Shown here piece by piece: positions 1 to 13,227 of a stretch of DNA of 59,503 bases. Made by a program: the position numbers and the translations under genes. Position 1 is the stretch's first letter; each line of letters opens with the position of its first letter. Source of the stretch: Macrostomum lignano (lineage: Eukaryota); assembly GCA_002269645.1 (NCBI GenBank), contig NIVC01000456.1, positions 1-59,503 on the forward strand. The letters run 5' to 3'. The notes beneath the pieces were generated by a model. The model was not told where the DNA came from and did not search any database. It saw only the letters and a list, made by a program, of their open reading frames with translations.

Positions 1-1309
1 GAGCGTAATTTAGTAGTCGATAATTTAAGTGCTACATATTGTACTAGCACTTTTGCTTTCCTCTTACAATTTGATACCCCAGCGGTCGTTGAATCAGGAC
101 TTGAATAGGAATGTGGCAAAAGCTCAGGGAATAAACCGCCGGTCTCCTCGGGGTGCAGGTGCAGTTGAGTATAAACAGCGATCTACACGCACTCGTATCT
201 ATAAAACAAAGCAGCATTTGTCCCGATGCTCGCTTCAAATTCAACTTTCTGCGTAGGTTTCAGCATAAGCAACCGATACAGGTGTTTATTTGCACAGGCG
301 CTTCTGGTTCCTGTCGATTTTCTAAATGTTGAGTTACAATCCATGCATTACAGCCAGTGGGATTCATGCGCACGTTGCAAGCAAGCCGCTTGAAATGACG
401 ATTCAAAATTTAAGCAGCAAAGCTTGTAACGGTGATTAAACTGACTGAAATATCTGCGTGCACACTTTTTATAATGTTATATAAAAAATCAGCTCAGCAT
501 TCCTTGAATTACAATACATATGTACATGTACGACGTATAGCTTGATAAGGAGAACAAGAAATTGCACTTGAATTTGTCTGGTTGAGTGTCTCAGAAAATG
601 AATTATACTTAGTTAGATAGAGAACGCAATTATAATCGCTGCAAATGCATTTCGAATGGCTCGAATGCATATTAAACAAAATCTACTACAGAATCTTGGC
701 ATTTTTTCAATCTATTGCATCCCCTTAGGAACGACTTGATCAGTAGAATAAGGGATCAAATTGCGTGATCAAAAGAGTTTGTACTGCATGTACGTAATTA
801 AATAGACAAATTCGATCGGTTAAGAAAAATCTGCACTACGAGTAGAAAAGCATAGAAACCTGGATCTTCTGAAAATAAAGCTTTTTTGGGGATTGCTACC
901 ATATTTTATATCGTGTCGTTGCAAAACCGCGCCAACTTGAACTCGAAAAGTCTACGATGTACTTTTGTATGTGTATAAAGTGACTTAATCAGAGATGACA
1001 AACTTCACGAATTTATACATGTACTCGTATTGAAAAACATTATTATGCACCCTAACCATGAAAAACGAATAACTAGATTCATAATTTATCAATTTCAGCT
1101 TGCAAAAATTAGAATAAGGAAAAGGAGAAAAGGTGATGAATATACAATGAATATAAAAATATACAATTCAGGCAACTGAATTATGAAGGTTCGGCTCGTG
1201 CATTACACTAGAATGGATTTTGTCAGAATTGATTGTAGTATCGTTTTTTCCTGCGAAGTATCAAAATTGAAGGCTCATTTTTTCGAATTCGAAAGCAAAA
1301 CGGTGAAGT

Positions 1310-2620
1310 GCATGACAATGACGATCTTTTTAAGACGCACATCGTCACAATTCCTAAGAAGCCGGGCACCACAAGGCTTGAGGAGCATCGAGGTATCTGC
1401 CTTCAGTCCTGCGCTGCGATGCTGCTATCGCGGTTGCAGCCCGTGCTCGATCCGTACGTGCGTCCTGAGCAGAACGACTTCGGCCCCATCGCGGCACATT
1501 GACGCAGATCCTGGCTCTTCGGTGAGTCATCTAGGAGGCGCGGACACGCCAGTCGATCCTAATTGTAATCTTCATAGATTTCAAGAAGGCATTCGACTCG
1601 GTCATCAGCTCTGTGCTCCAAAGGTGCTCCGTGCGTACAACGCGTGCCAGAGCATCTGATTTCCGCAATCATGGTGATGTACCGCCTATCGGACTTCTTT
1701 GAGACATCCTCCGGGGTGCTTCAAGGAGATACGCTTGCGCCGTTTCTGTTCGTTCTGGTGCTTGACTGGGTGCTGAAGACCGCTATTCCTACCTACGACC
1801 ACGGCTTTCTGTTGCGGCAGCGCGTGGGTCGACGTAAACCGGAGAGACGGCTCAGCGTGCTTGGCTATGCCAACGATCTCGCACTGTCGTCTTCAACTGT
1901 CGAGGCTGCCCAGCGACAGCTGGAAAAGCTAGTTGCTGTTGCGGCGAGTGTCGGCCTAGTTGCCAACACGCAGAAAATCGTCGTGCTCTGCGTGCCGGAC
2001 GACATCGAGGCTGCGATTTTGTGCCGAGGCGCTGATAGAGAGACAGCAGAGCTTCCGCGTTGTCAGCAGTTCGTCTACCTCGGTGGTCTGGTTCCCGGTG
2101 TCCGCGAGGATTTGCGGTGTCGCCGCGGGCTTGCCTGTGAGCTCCTTTCGTTCTGTGAGGGCAGTCCTGCAGTCTGAGGCCTTACATGACCGCCAGAGGG
2201 CGGCGTTGTTCCAGGCAGTGATCGAGACGTCCTGCTGTACAACGCCGAGACCTGGACGCTGACGGAGCCACTCTAGCAACAAGTTGACGCGGCGCATGCT
2301 GGCCTGCTGCGCGCCGCCTTCAAGATCGGCTACGAGCAAGTGACCAACGCGGCTTTATATCGCCGCGCCGGCCTCGTCCGTCCAAGCGATGTGTTCCGCC
2401 GTCGGCGACTCCAGCTGGCAGGCCACATCATCCGCGCCGAGTAGTACTGCCCACAACCGGTGCAGAAGGTGCTGCTGCTGACGCTGCAGGCACCCTACTG
2501 GAAGGGGCAGGCCCGCACTCGCCGTTTCGTCGACTGCCTGCTGGCTGCAGACGCCGGCGCCCCGGATATGGCCGGCGGCGTGGCGTTCATTCGCGACCTG
2601 ACCTTGAGGCGCGCCTTGTG
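1310..2620 (+). mobile_element. 5'-truncated, decayed non-LTR retrotransposon (RTE-like) reverse transcriptase and C-terminal region
   Basis: Across frames: IVTIPKKPG..HRGICLQSC, RPEQNDF, IFIDFKKAFDSV, GVLQGDTLAPFLF, YANDLAL (YADD changed to YAND), RRRLQLAGHII. Multiple stops and frameshifts. Confidence 0.93.
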
Positions 2621-3567
2621 ACGCTGAAACCTCGCCAACATGCACTCAGCAACTTGTAAAGTTTCCACCCCGAAACCAGCAGTCAACAAGTGCCAGCTCG
2701 AAGCAAAATGAGCCATAACTCTCCACTTTTTCCTCACCAGCCTATGCTGGGGGCCTCGGAACTTGCATCACCCATAGTTGAGCCAAGAACTGCAGGCGTA
2801 ATGTTGTGAATTGCATCCCTTGTGGTCTGAGATCAGAAAACAGTTGAAACGTGTTGCTGAGTTTGAGAAGAAACTGAGCCATATGATCTCGGCATGATTT
2901 GAGTCAGGAGTCGGAAGTCAATACTCATTCCGCCAGGTCACTGCCTGGCTCAGCAGTATGCAGTGCAGAGCCTAGATCTGCTTATACTGCAGACAACTCA
3001 TTCCCAAGCTCGCCCATCTCAATTAATCGTTACGATATGAAAATTATCGGAAAATCTTTATCTGCAAGCATACAATTATCCTGTGCTGTCTGTGCAATCA
3101 TTGGCGAAATAAATACATGTAGGATTGTCTGTAGTACAATAGTAATGCAGTTGTACTTTATATCGGAGTGAGCTACACTTGGCGGACCCGCCCATCTCTC
3201 TGGCTAAAAAACTTTGCTTTGATGCGTGGAAGCTGACGTAATTATATTGATACAGCCGTGTGATTGCACCGGCTTGCGCCTGAGGGAATAAAAAACTCCG
3301 CGTTCTCAGCTATTATTTTTCAGTCGAATGCAAACCTCCTCTTCCACCCAGCAACCTGCAGTAGACGCCGCCCCTATGAGATGCTGCTGGCAATTCAGTT
3401 CAATTTTTACGACCTACGCCCATCCTTTGGGTCCGCGGTGCAGCTGATGCGGAGGCAAGGCAGGGAGTTGTTAATAAACCCGGCAGGCTCTTTGCCTCAC
3501 CGCTGATATGACAGTGATTATTGTTGTGCATGGAGCTCTAAAAATATATTCTGGATTAGTATTATTT

Positions 3568-4810
3568 GTGTCTGACTTACAGTGTAGTGTCTCTTATTAG
3601 TGTCTGACTTACAGTGTAGTGTCTCTTATTCTGACTCAGAGTGTCGTGTCTCTTATTAGTGTCTGACTTACAGTGTAGGTCTCTTATTCTGACTCAGAGT
3701 GTCGTGTCTCTTATTAGTGTCTGACTTAGAGTGTAGTGTCTCTTATTCTGACTCAGAGTGTCGTGTCTCTTATTAGTGTCTGACTTAGAGTGTAGTGTCT
3801 CTTATTAGTGTCTGACTTACAGTGTAGTGTCTCTTATTAGTGTCTGACTTACAGTGTAGTGTCTCTTATTAGTGTCTGACTTACAGTGTAGTGTCTCTTA
3901 TTAGTGTCTGACTTAGAGTGTAGTGTCTCTTATTAGTGTCTGACTTACAGTGTAGTGTCTCTTATTAGTGTCTGACTTACAGTGTAGTGTCTCTTATTAG
4001 TGTCTGACTTACAGTGTAGTGTCTCTTATTAGTGTCTGACTTACAGTGTAGTGTCTGACTTACAGTGTAGGGTCTCTTATTAGTGTCTGACTTACAGTGT
4101 AGTGTCTCTTATTAGTGTCTGACTTACAGTGTAGTGTCTCTTATTAGTGTCTGACTTACAGTGTAGTGTCTCTTATTAGTGTCTGACTTACAGTGTAGTG
4201 TCTCTTATTAGTGTCTGACTTACAGTGTAGTGTCTCTTATTAGTGTCTGACTTACAGTGTAGGGTCTCTTATTCTGACTTAGAGTGTAGTGTCTCTTACT
4301 AGTGTCTGACTTACAGTGTAGTGTCTCTTATTAGTGTCTGACTTACAGTGTAGGGTCTCTTATTCTGACTTAGAGTGTAGTGTCTCTTATTAGTGTCTGA
4401 CTTAGAGTGTAGTGTCTCTTATTAGTGTCTGACTTAGAGTGTAGTGTCTCTTATTAGTGTCTGACTTAGAGTGTAGTGTCTCTTATTAGTGTCTGACTTA
4501 GAGTGTAGTGTCTCTTATTAGTGTCTGACTTACAGTGTAGTGTCTCTTATTAGTGTCTGACTTACAGTGTAGTGTCTCTTATTAGTGTCTGACTTACAGT
4601 GTAGTGTCTCTTATTAGTGTCTGACTTACAGTGTAGTGTCTCTTATTAGTGTCTGACTTACAGTGTAGTGTCTCTTATTAGTGTCTGACTTACAGTGTAG
4701 TGTCTCTTATTAGTGTCTGACTTACAGTGTAGTGTCTCTTATTAGTGTCTGACTTACAGTGTAGTGTCTCTTATTAGTGTCTGACTTACAGTGTAGTTTC
4801 TTTTATTAGT
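3568..4810. repeat. 32-bp minisatellite (GTGTCTGACTTACAGTGTAGTGTCTCTTATTA), ~38 copies
   Basis: Direct tandem periodicity. Confidence 0.97.
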
Positions 4811-5602
4811 TTGGATTTCCTATTCGATTCTTTATACGAGCTAAGTGATAGTGTGTAAGGGTAATGAAATTATGCAAATGTCGTTCGAGTGCCATGCAGT
4901 GCCTTACTCAGCGCTGACTGAGTAATACCCCACGAAAATGCGCAGCCAGCAGATCAATAACAGCCCTCGTTGACCTCATCATGTTTTAGTGCTTTAGCCT
5001 GGCTTGTAAAATCTGTTTACTTGCTCGCAAGTAGCAACAGCTGGACTTCTTGAGTACGCTGTTCACTTCCTTATTTCTACAGTAGACACACAATGACAAT
5101 AGGCTTTAAGACTGGACGTTTAATAACAGCGCTGAAGAAAACTTGCCTAGTTAACAAATATTAATTAGGGGTTTTGTTTGTTCATATTTTACTATTGAAA
5201 CTGGTCATACGATCGTACTTGGTGTACTTGATAAAATCTCAAACAGGAAGCATCTCTTACGGAATCGCTGGCACCGAATAGTTTTGTCCTATAATAAATT
5301 CGGATTTCACCAATTCGCGGAATCAACGAGCCGTGATGGATCGCTTTGTACCAATAAATCCGGCAATTTCCAGTGAGTTGACGGATCAGCAGTCATCGGT
5401 ATCGGGATCAGTTGCTGAGGAGCGGGCCTCCTGTACCCTCTACTCAGATCTTATCCTATCGCTTGCATTTCTCGCAACTTAATTTTCACTATTCCTATGG
5501 AGCCCGCCCTGATCCGCAAACCGGTTCCCCAATGTCTATCCGCAAATCTCTGTTTAGCATTTGGTCACTTGCGCCAACAAGTCCAACTGTTTACTCAGTG
5601 GC

Positions 5603-6624
5603 TCATTGCCCAGCGTCGAAGCAGTTATTCACCAGATACGTCATCACCGCGTCCGAGAAGAGCCGCGACTGTCGCAGCCGGTTGAGCATCTTTTCCTGCT
5701 CGGAGCCGTCGGTCAGGAACACGATCTTGTCCTGCAGGCCGGTGAGGTACAGCAGCGGCACCAGAAGCCGGCGCAGCAGGTAGGGCAGCCGGTAGAGTAC
5801 GGCGTACGCAATCTGGCAGGGCAGCAGTTTGAGCACCTCGGCAACGGAGCTCACGGTGTCCACCGTGCAGTGACTTGGGTTCAGGTGGGCGCAGTCGAAG
5901 AACAGACAGACGCCGTGCTGAGTTTTCGGCAAATATCTGGAGAAGATTGGGTGCCGAAAATTTCGGCGTGCAACTAATTGGCTTTAAACCTGATTTGAAA
6001 AGTACATAATTCGCTCGCGGTAAAATCACTAAAATCGGATTTCTAAATTTAGCAGTTCATACTCGATACAAGCGATGATCAAGTGGAACAGGTGCGCCAG
6101 GTAGGCGGGCAGATCGGCCACGGCGAGTCCCATGGAGCTGCGCAGGCTGAAGGACGAGAAAATAACCGGCCGGCCCAGAGTGTCCAACCCGGCCATCTCG
6201 ATGAGGTGGAAGCCCGGCTTGTGCAAGCAGACGGTGCAGACCTCGATGTTGCCCAGCCCGAGCCGTCGGTAGGTCCGGCGGATAGCCTCGAGCCGCTCCA
6301 GCGCCGTAGCCGGCTGGCAATCGGCGTCAGCGATGGCCCAGGCTTCCAGATCTCCGTTAACCAAGAACTTGCGCTCTCGCTCACTGCACTTTTCATCTCG
6401 GCGTTTGAACAGGCCGACAAGACTCGATTGCAGGGTGAAGGCGCGGGCGAAGTTCCGGCCGCAGCAGGTGCAGCAGACCGTGTCCGTGATCAGTTCTTTG
6501 TTTGGCTCCGTCAGGCGCTTGACCAGCTCCCTGTCAAAGATGTGCAGCAGTTCGGAGGCGCCGCGCGACACCACGTGAACTTGAGGATGCAGCTGCGGTT
6601 GCTGCTGCAGCTGCTGTTTTAAGC

Positions 6625-6674
<50 letters not shown>

Positions 6675-6814
6675 AGCTGCTTCAAAGCAATCGACGACTT
6701 CAAAAAATTGTGAGAGTCTTGAACTGTCAGCTGATCTGGTGACTGGTCAGCTGCCTCATCATCTTCCTTACTGTTATCGTCTGAGATGTTCTCGAAAAGA
6801 TATCCGTCTGACAT
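5603..6814 (-). CDS. CRAL-TRIO (Sec14-like) lipid-binding domain protein with N-terminal acidic and polyQ region; exons 6063-6814 and 5603-5936 (361 aa if complete)
   Basis: GTATGA...CTTCTCCAG intron (5937-6062) joins the two ORFs in frame (ACIE|YLPKTQHG). Motifs GLDTLGRPVIF, GVCLFFD, LPCQIAYAVLYRLPYLL and KIVFL follow the CRAL-TRIO pattern. GC3-rich codons. Confidence 0.85.
6595..6680 (-). repeat. CAG/polyQ tract within the CRAL-TRIO gene
   Basis: (CTG)n on the plus strand, encoding an ~18-Q run plus flanking Q. Confidence 0.95.
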
Positions 6815-7827
6815 CTTGACTTGGTTACTTATTGTCTTTGTCAGTGTGGTGCTCTGGCTGAATCATATATTGAGAACGACGTCTCTCTTCTCGGAGGGAA
6901 ATTCGGTTTGGCCCATAGACATGCAGCGAAGGCTGAAGGATGCGCCAAATATTTAAACAGAGAATTCTTCTGAAATCCCTATATCGGTAAGCGAGTTTGA
7001 AAACTTCAAGACAGACTGTCAATTCAGATTGCAAACATTGTGGCTTCTATGTACAACAGGTGCATGCATAGCTACTTTGCTGGGTCGAAAAGCGGATATG
7101 ATCCTAATTATGATTGATTGATGGCCCATAGCTTGCACCGGAAGAATTTTATTTATTCTACCCTCTGTAGACTGTTGGCAGGACTCGATGAACGCTCCCG
7201 ACTTCACGCCATGCCCCTCTGACTGCCGGATCATGCAAAGCAAACTCAATCGGACGCGCTTCAAGGAGCTCTACCATTTCACTCATACAGTGAAAGACCG
7301 GATGTCGGCATCGTCTTTGATGTCTTAATCTCCTACGAGGACTCCCGACCATGCTTGGTAGGTGCAGCCAGCTTTGTCAGTAGGAATCACATCTTGCAGC
7401 TCCTCGGCAGGGTTGAAAGAGTTTTGAATTAGAATTTTCAAGTCCTCTCAACTACTCGAAACTTTGGCTTTCTGAACCTTTTCGATTCAGTGAGCCTTGT
7501 GAAATTGAGTCTGGACCTCGATGCCAATCTCCATGCTCTGAGTAATGTCAAAGTACGAGTAGCCACCCTGTTGTAGATGCTAATAGATGTAGAATTCCCC
7601 TTAAGCCTTGGAATCCCAGAATTCCCTCTTAAGCTTGTGAAGCTTAAAAACATCTATTGGCTTCTTTACTTTATACAGCGGATTTAAAGTGTTTTGAGAC
7701 TGTGCTCAAAAACACTGACGGAGTTTGAAGGAAAGATGCGTGAGTTTTATTGATGCCGTGCAGTGTCTACGACTATACAAGTCTTAAGAACTACAGCTGG
7801 GTTTTATAGACAAGTACTATAGAAATG

Positions 7828-7988
7828 CACTTCACAGGCACGATACTTCACAGGCACGATACTTCACAAACATGATACTTCACAAACACAATACTCACAG
7901 ACACGATATTCACTTCACAGGCACCACAAACTTCACAAGCGGGATACTTCCAAACGCGATACTTCACAGGCGGGACACTTCACAAGCA
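7828..7988. repeat. Degenerate ~16-bp tandem repeat (GATACTTCACAGGCAC)
   Basis: About 10 imperfect copies. Confidence 0.75.
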
Positions 7989-8877
7989 ATCATGTGAGCT
8001 ACAGACAAAAAAGCTCTGTATCAATTGGGCTTATTTGGAATTGGAAATCCGAAAGGCTGACAATCAGCCGTGCCCGCGCACTTTAAAATCAATAAAATAC
8101 ATGCTTTCAAGTAAGCAGTGCTTTTATTCTTACGTTACTCAACTCAAGTCACCCGCTGCCTGTCAGCCAGCCAGCCAGTCAAGAGGCCTTGCTGGAGCAG
8201 TACTGGTGCTTTCGCAGGGGACGCAATCTTCTAAGACTGCATGTGAAGGAAGGCTGTGTACACTAGTGTGTTTAGTTCAGTCTTATGGCACCGATGCTAG
8301 ACACTGGCATCATTCCTGACATTTTGAATCACCCAGGTTGCGGCAAAGATAACGCTGTGCATAGTGATGCGAGGCAGTGCCCTTCCGTGACAAAGTGATT
8401 TGCAGTTTTGGTAGCGAGTTTCTATTAGGCTTAATAGTGCATTTAATTATAATAACCTAATCCGCTGCACAGTGCCAGTGACCGGAAAAGTTTCTGCGAT
8501 ACTCAGGGATTGCTACCACAGTTTGTGCAGTTTAGCAGAGCTAAAGTAATCAAAGTGCTCAAAGAAACCGCAAAAATCCAATTCGCTTATATATAAGATT
8601 GCTCAACTCAATTTCCATAATGGGTCATGCGTAGCCTTCTCCGAACTTTGCTGTGTGCTCGGTGCATCAAATCAGTCAAAAAACAATCGCAGGATGTGCG
8701 GAAGCAGCAAATAAGAGACCCTCTTCGAACACCAGCCAAGGACCCCTAGAAGTCACCGTTAATTCTAGCGGTCCTTGACACCAGAGTTACAAGTAGGCGA
8801 AATTTAGATAGCTTAGACATGTGTGCACTGACAGGCAGCTCGTTGCAGCCAGCTTCCAGCAGCAGTCACAGGGAAGT

Positions 8878-9068
8878 GCATGGCGTCACTTCGGTAGCTT
8901 CATGGCGTCACTTCGGTAGCTGCATGGCGTCACTTCGGTAGCTGCATGGCGTCACTTCGGTAGCTGGCGTCACTTAGGTAGCTGGTGTTACTTTGGTAGC
9001 TGGCGTCATTTTGGTAGCTGGCGCCACTTCGGTGGCTGGCGTCATCATTGTGACGTCTCTGGCGTCAA
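8878..9068. repeat. 22-bp tandem repeat (GCATGGCGTCACTTCGGTAGCT) degenerating to 18-bp units
   Basis: Direct tandem copies. Confidence 0.85.
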
Positions 9069-9965
9069 TGGCACTCAACGAGAAAAAGAACACAAACAAC
9101 TAAAATTCAACTAGCGTGTCTACATGCAGCTCGTTGATGGCAATTTGCAGTGTACTTTTTTCTAGAATGAAGCAGCCCTGTGTCATATAGCTAAATGGTT
9201 AAATTACCGTTTAAGCATCAATACCAAGCCTAATCAGTCCCGGATATTATCATGGCAATAACAGGTATCCATATCTGCTTGTGCTTACGTGTTGTGGCGG
9301 ATGCGCGACGGCCGCAGTTTGAGGCCTCGCGTGCCCCTGCATAATTGATGCAGTCCCAGCTGCCTCGCCGACAGCCTGTTTCAAGTTTCTGCTGGCCACC
9401 CCCCCCCTGCCTGCAGGCAATAAAAACTTTGGCTTTGACCTGCGTCTATCCTGAATATCTGAGCAGTGGCGCAGATAGGAGGTGGTGCCGTGGGGGAGTG
9501 AAGCTACTCAGCTGCTGCAGTGTTGCAATGTTCTAGATTTTTTGCTGAGCAATGGCTTGCTTGAATCACGGACGGCTCTCAGGTCCCTGAGTAGCGAGTC
9601 TGCGCCGCTACAGTTTCATATTTTCTCATTTCTCGCTTCTCTCTCGCCCTCGTCCTCTCGGTCTTGTACCGCGAGAAAACAAGGCTCAAATTTCCAAAAC
9701 AACCAAGTATCGGATTCTGGACATGTCCAAGTACCGCATCATCTTCTTAGCCAACCCACAGGGCATCAATTTTGTCGATGTCTGTTGTTGAAGGCTCGCT
9801 GTAGCTTCAAAGTAAGAAAAAATTGATTTTGATTGGGCAATTAACTTGCTTTATGAGTAAAGAATACTCAAAACCCCAAGATCAGGTTACTGTATCGGTA
9901 ACTTCGATTCACAGCTTATATTTAGTTATACAGATTGAATGGTGGTCCTGTTCATGGTGTGATGG

Positions 9966-10240
9966 TCGTGTCCATTCGGTGAGTGTCCTGTCCATTCGGC
10001 AAGGGTCCTGTCCATTTGGTAAGGGTCCTGTCCATTCGGCAAGGGTCCTGTCCATTCGGCAAGGGTCCTGTCCATTCGGCAAGGGTCCTGTCCATTCGGC
10101 AAGGGTCCTGTCCATTTGGTAAGGGTCCTGTCCATTTGGCAAGGGTCCTGTCCATTCGGCAAGGGCCTGTCCATTCGGCAAGGGTCCTGTTCATTCGGCA
10201 AGGGTCCTGTCCATTCGGTAAGGGTCCTGTCCATTGGGTC
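9966..10240. repeat. 20-bp minisatellite (GTCCTGTCCATTCGGCAAGG)
   Basis: About 13 copies. Confidence 0.95.
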
Positions 10241-11910
10241 CTGAAGTTAACGGTTAACTAAATCTCAGCATGCACTTTAAAAGAGGTTCTGCGATTGCGG
10301 ACTCTGACTGGCTGACTTGACTGGCTTTTGTTACACGTTTTCCCAGATCATTTCGGTTATGGATCGAGTGGGGACAAAGCGGCTTGCCAGTTAATCTGGG
10401 AGACTTTACTGCCGAGAACCGGCCAGTTATAATTGGAGATTAGCGAATCCGCCAAGATTATGTTCAAGTGAAAGTAGCTGACGTGACTTTCTTCTGGGGT
10501 AGAGATTTCTCACCTTTTTTCTGGCGATCTTAGAGGCACGCGCGCGTTAGGTGGAGAACAGGTTTCTTGGAAATATAACTGCCCCCACTTTGAAGTGAGT
10601 GTCCTGAGCGCAAAATTTGCTTCTCTGATTAATAATTTCTCTGATCGCACAAAAAGTACTTTTCCGAGAAAACCTAATTAAGCTCGTGCCTTGGTTGCCC
10701 GGAATTCGACAAGGATCGTCTGCAGGACAACCCGCGACTCGTTAGGTTCCTCTACGAGACTAGATGGCCCCCTTCTCAACAAGCAGAGATTACACATTAC
10801 ACAAGAGGGAACTGCGGACCTCCTTAAGACTGGCTCTGGGACCCACAGAATGGGCGATTCCCACTCTGCAGTTGAGCAAAAGTCAATATGCTTTCCGACT
10901 CTCACGACACAGTATCTGGGTTCGATTCCATGCTCGGAGGAGCTCGCGAGCGAACATTGCCCTGGCACTTGTCAGGCTTGTCGGGATTTGAAAATCAGGG
11001 CCTCTGTGCATCCCGAGTGAGAGTGTGCCTGTCTACGCTCCATGAGCGAGTACCTGCTCAGGGGCCGGCGGAATAGCATGACTGCTAGCCTCCTTGCTGA
11101 CCGCAGGGCGCCCGTCACCTTGATTTGCAACAGTGGCCAAAGCCCCCTGAAAACAAGCAAACAAAATTATTAGGTTTTCACTGCTGAATATATATTTTCC
11201 ATGCGCCAGTATATTATGTGTTGAGTGTGTGTGTGGGGGCATTGCAGAGTTACAGGGCTGCAAGTTGAAACATTATAATCGGCTAATCTCAGAAAAACGA
11301 ACACGGGGATGCAGTGACCGACATGTTTGCAAAAAAATGATAACGAGATCTACAATCTACTACTGACTTAATTGGTGTGAAATTACAGGAATTTCTTTTT
11401 GTCGCGCGGCACAAATGTGTGTACGTAAAATATGGTACAAGTATGCTCGGTTGTCGCAAATTCGATTTTAAAAAAGTGGGTTTAATTAATATTCAAAAAA
11501 TTATAGATAGAAGTCATCACAAACCAATTTACTGTAGACTTGATACGAGTATTGCTACTCAGAAAATATAAATACACCGGACCATCTGAGAGGTGGCCAG
11601 GTGTGCTAGCCAGCGCTTGAAACTAACGCTGTTATTTTGAGACCAGTGCTGAGACTGTGGGGGTCGAGTGCGTACTAGCTTCGACCGAATCCCGAATCCC
11701 CAAAGCTCGACGCCCCAATTGTCGGTATGCCAACTTTCACAACAGAGTTAATACAGCAGAACGATCTACAATTGTAATTATTAGTTGCAACGCGACAGGA
11801 ATTCAGTTAGCCAGCCAGTCGATTTCAGGCAGCCCAGTCAATGCTTCACTCGGCCAGTCACTGTGGGTGAGTGAATGAGCGCCAACCAGCTGTCAGATGG
11901 CCCGAGCCGC

Positions 11911-13227
11911 TCAGTCGTACAGCTCCGGCATCGCGGTCGGAGTGGTCAGCGGAGTCCGCGCCGCACTGCCGCCCGCCACTACGGCCAGGTCCAGGTCGGC
12001 CGCCCCGTTGCTGACGCTGCTGACCAGCGCGTCGCCGCATCTGCCTCTGACGTCGCTGCCGCCGTCGCGCAGGTTACCCAGCCGCTGCCGCTTCTCTGCG
12101 CGACGGCAAAACTCCGGCAGAGGCAGCCGGCGCCGGAAGCAGTTCTGAACTTCGCGCTTGAACGAATCCGAGAATACGAAGAAGACAAAAAAGTTTGCCA
12201 GTGTGTCCAGCGTTATCAGCGCGTTCAAAACGGAGAAGATAAGCTGATTCTTGACGTGGCTGTCGCTGCGGAAGCTTGGAAAGAAGTGCAGCAGGATGAA
12301 GTAGACAAAGGTAGGCAGCTCCAGTACGGTGAAGGTGGCCGCCAGGACCAGCAGAATTCTGGTCGCCTTGCGCTTCCTGCAGCGCCCTCGGTTCTTCGCG
12401 ATTGAAGACGTGGCCAACTGGTTCTGCTGGCGCCACGCGGCCCCAACCGTCACGGCTGAGGTGGTCGAGAGCGCGTTCGATGAGACGGTGGAGTCTGATC
12501 TCCTGACGTAACCGCCAGACGCGGTTGAGGCGTCCGAAGGCTCCCGAGCGGCGCAGAGGTGCATGGCCAGAGCCACGGAGAGTACCAGCACAGCGGGCAC
12601 GGGGATTCCGGTTTGCATCACGAAGAAGAACAGAATGAAGCGCTCGCACAGCAAGGAGGCTTGCTGCTCCTGCTGAGCAGTCACATTGGCGTCAAGTATG
12701 CCAACAGGGACGTTGCAGGATTTCTCTTCGACGTGTCTCAGAACGCTGATGGCCACGGACAGGCAGAGGATGAGGCCGAAGGCCACCGACTGCCGGCGAC
12801 GCGTAAGAATTTCCGGGACGTGCAGCGGGAAGAGGATTACGATGAAACGGATCCCGGTGAGAAATGTGACCCACCAGTTGCGCAGCAGGAGGCTGGCGTT
12901 GGTCACAAGGTACTGCGCGTCAGCGAAAATCTCCAGTGAAGATGTAGAATTCCCAGCTGATCTGCTGGACCCGCCAGCACCTGTGAGACCGAAGATGCTG
13001 CTCACATGCAGCACGGTGAGCGCTGCGGACGTGAGCAGCCCAGTAACAATCAGCAGCACCATGCCCCGAGCTCCGGCTGTGGCGTCCCTCTTTCTGGCGA
13101 AGATCCACAGAGTGAAGACCAGGGACAGCAGCGCCGCCAGCGAGACGCACAGGCTCAGGATGTAGGAGGGCAGCAGCAATGACCAATAGAGCTGCTCATC
13201 CTCAGTCAAGTCGACTGTATCATTCAT
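11911..13227 (-). CDS. Intronless class A (rhodopsin-like) GPCR, FMRFamide/peptide-receptor-like, 438 aa
   Basis: Seven hydrophobic segments; N-terminal NDT sequon; TM3 ending TGIRFIVILFPL (DRY variant); TM6 FTVLELP; TM7 DTLANFFVF; long Ser/Thr/basic ICL3. Confidence 0.9.
   Translation of the reverse strand: MNDTVDLTEDEQLYWSLLLPSYILSLCVSLAALLSLVFTLWIFARKRDATAGARGMVLLIVTGLLTSAALTVLHVSSIFGLTGAGGSSRSAGNSTSSLEIFADAQYLVTNASLLLRNWWVTFLTGIRFIVILFPLHVPEILTRRRQSVAFGLILCLSVAISVLRHVEEKSCNVPVGILDANVTAQQEQQASLLCERFILFFFVMQTGIPVPAVLVLSVALAMHLCAAREPSDASTASGGYVRRSDSTVSSNALSTTSAVTVGAAWRQQNQLATSSIAKNRGRCRKRKATRILLVLAATFTVLELPTFVYFILLHFFPSFRSDSHVKNQLIFSVLNALITLDTLANFFVFFVFSDSFKREVQNCFRRRLPLPEFCRRAEKRQRLGNLRDGGSDVRGRCGDALVSSVSNGAADLDLAVVAGGSAARTPLTTPTAMPELYD

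Noticed and set aside
3568-4810. CRISPR-like appearance of regular 20-58-bp repeats here and elsewhere
   Set aside because: Units are directly adjacent with no unique spacers, there are no cas genes, and the context is eukaryotic
10678-11263. Several overlapping 60-110-aa ORFs
   Set aside because: No recognisable motif or consistent splice structure
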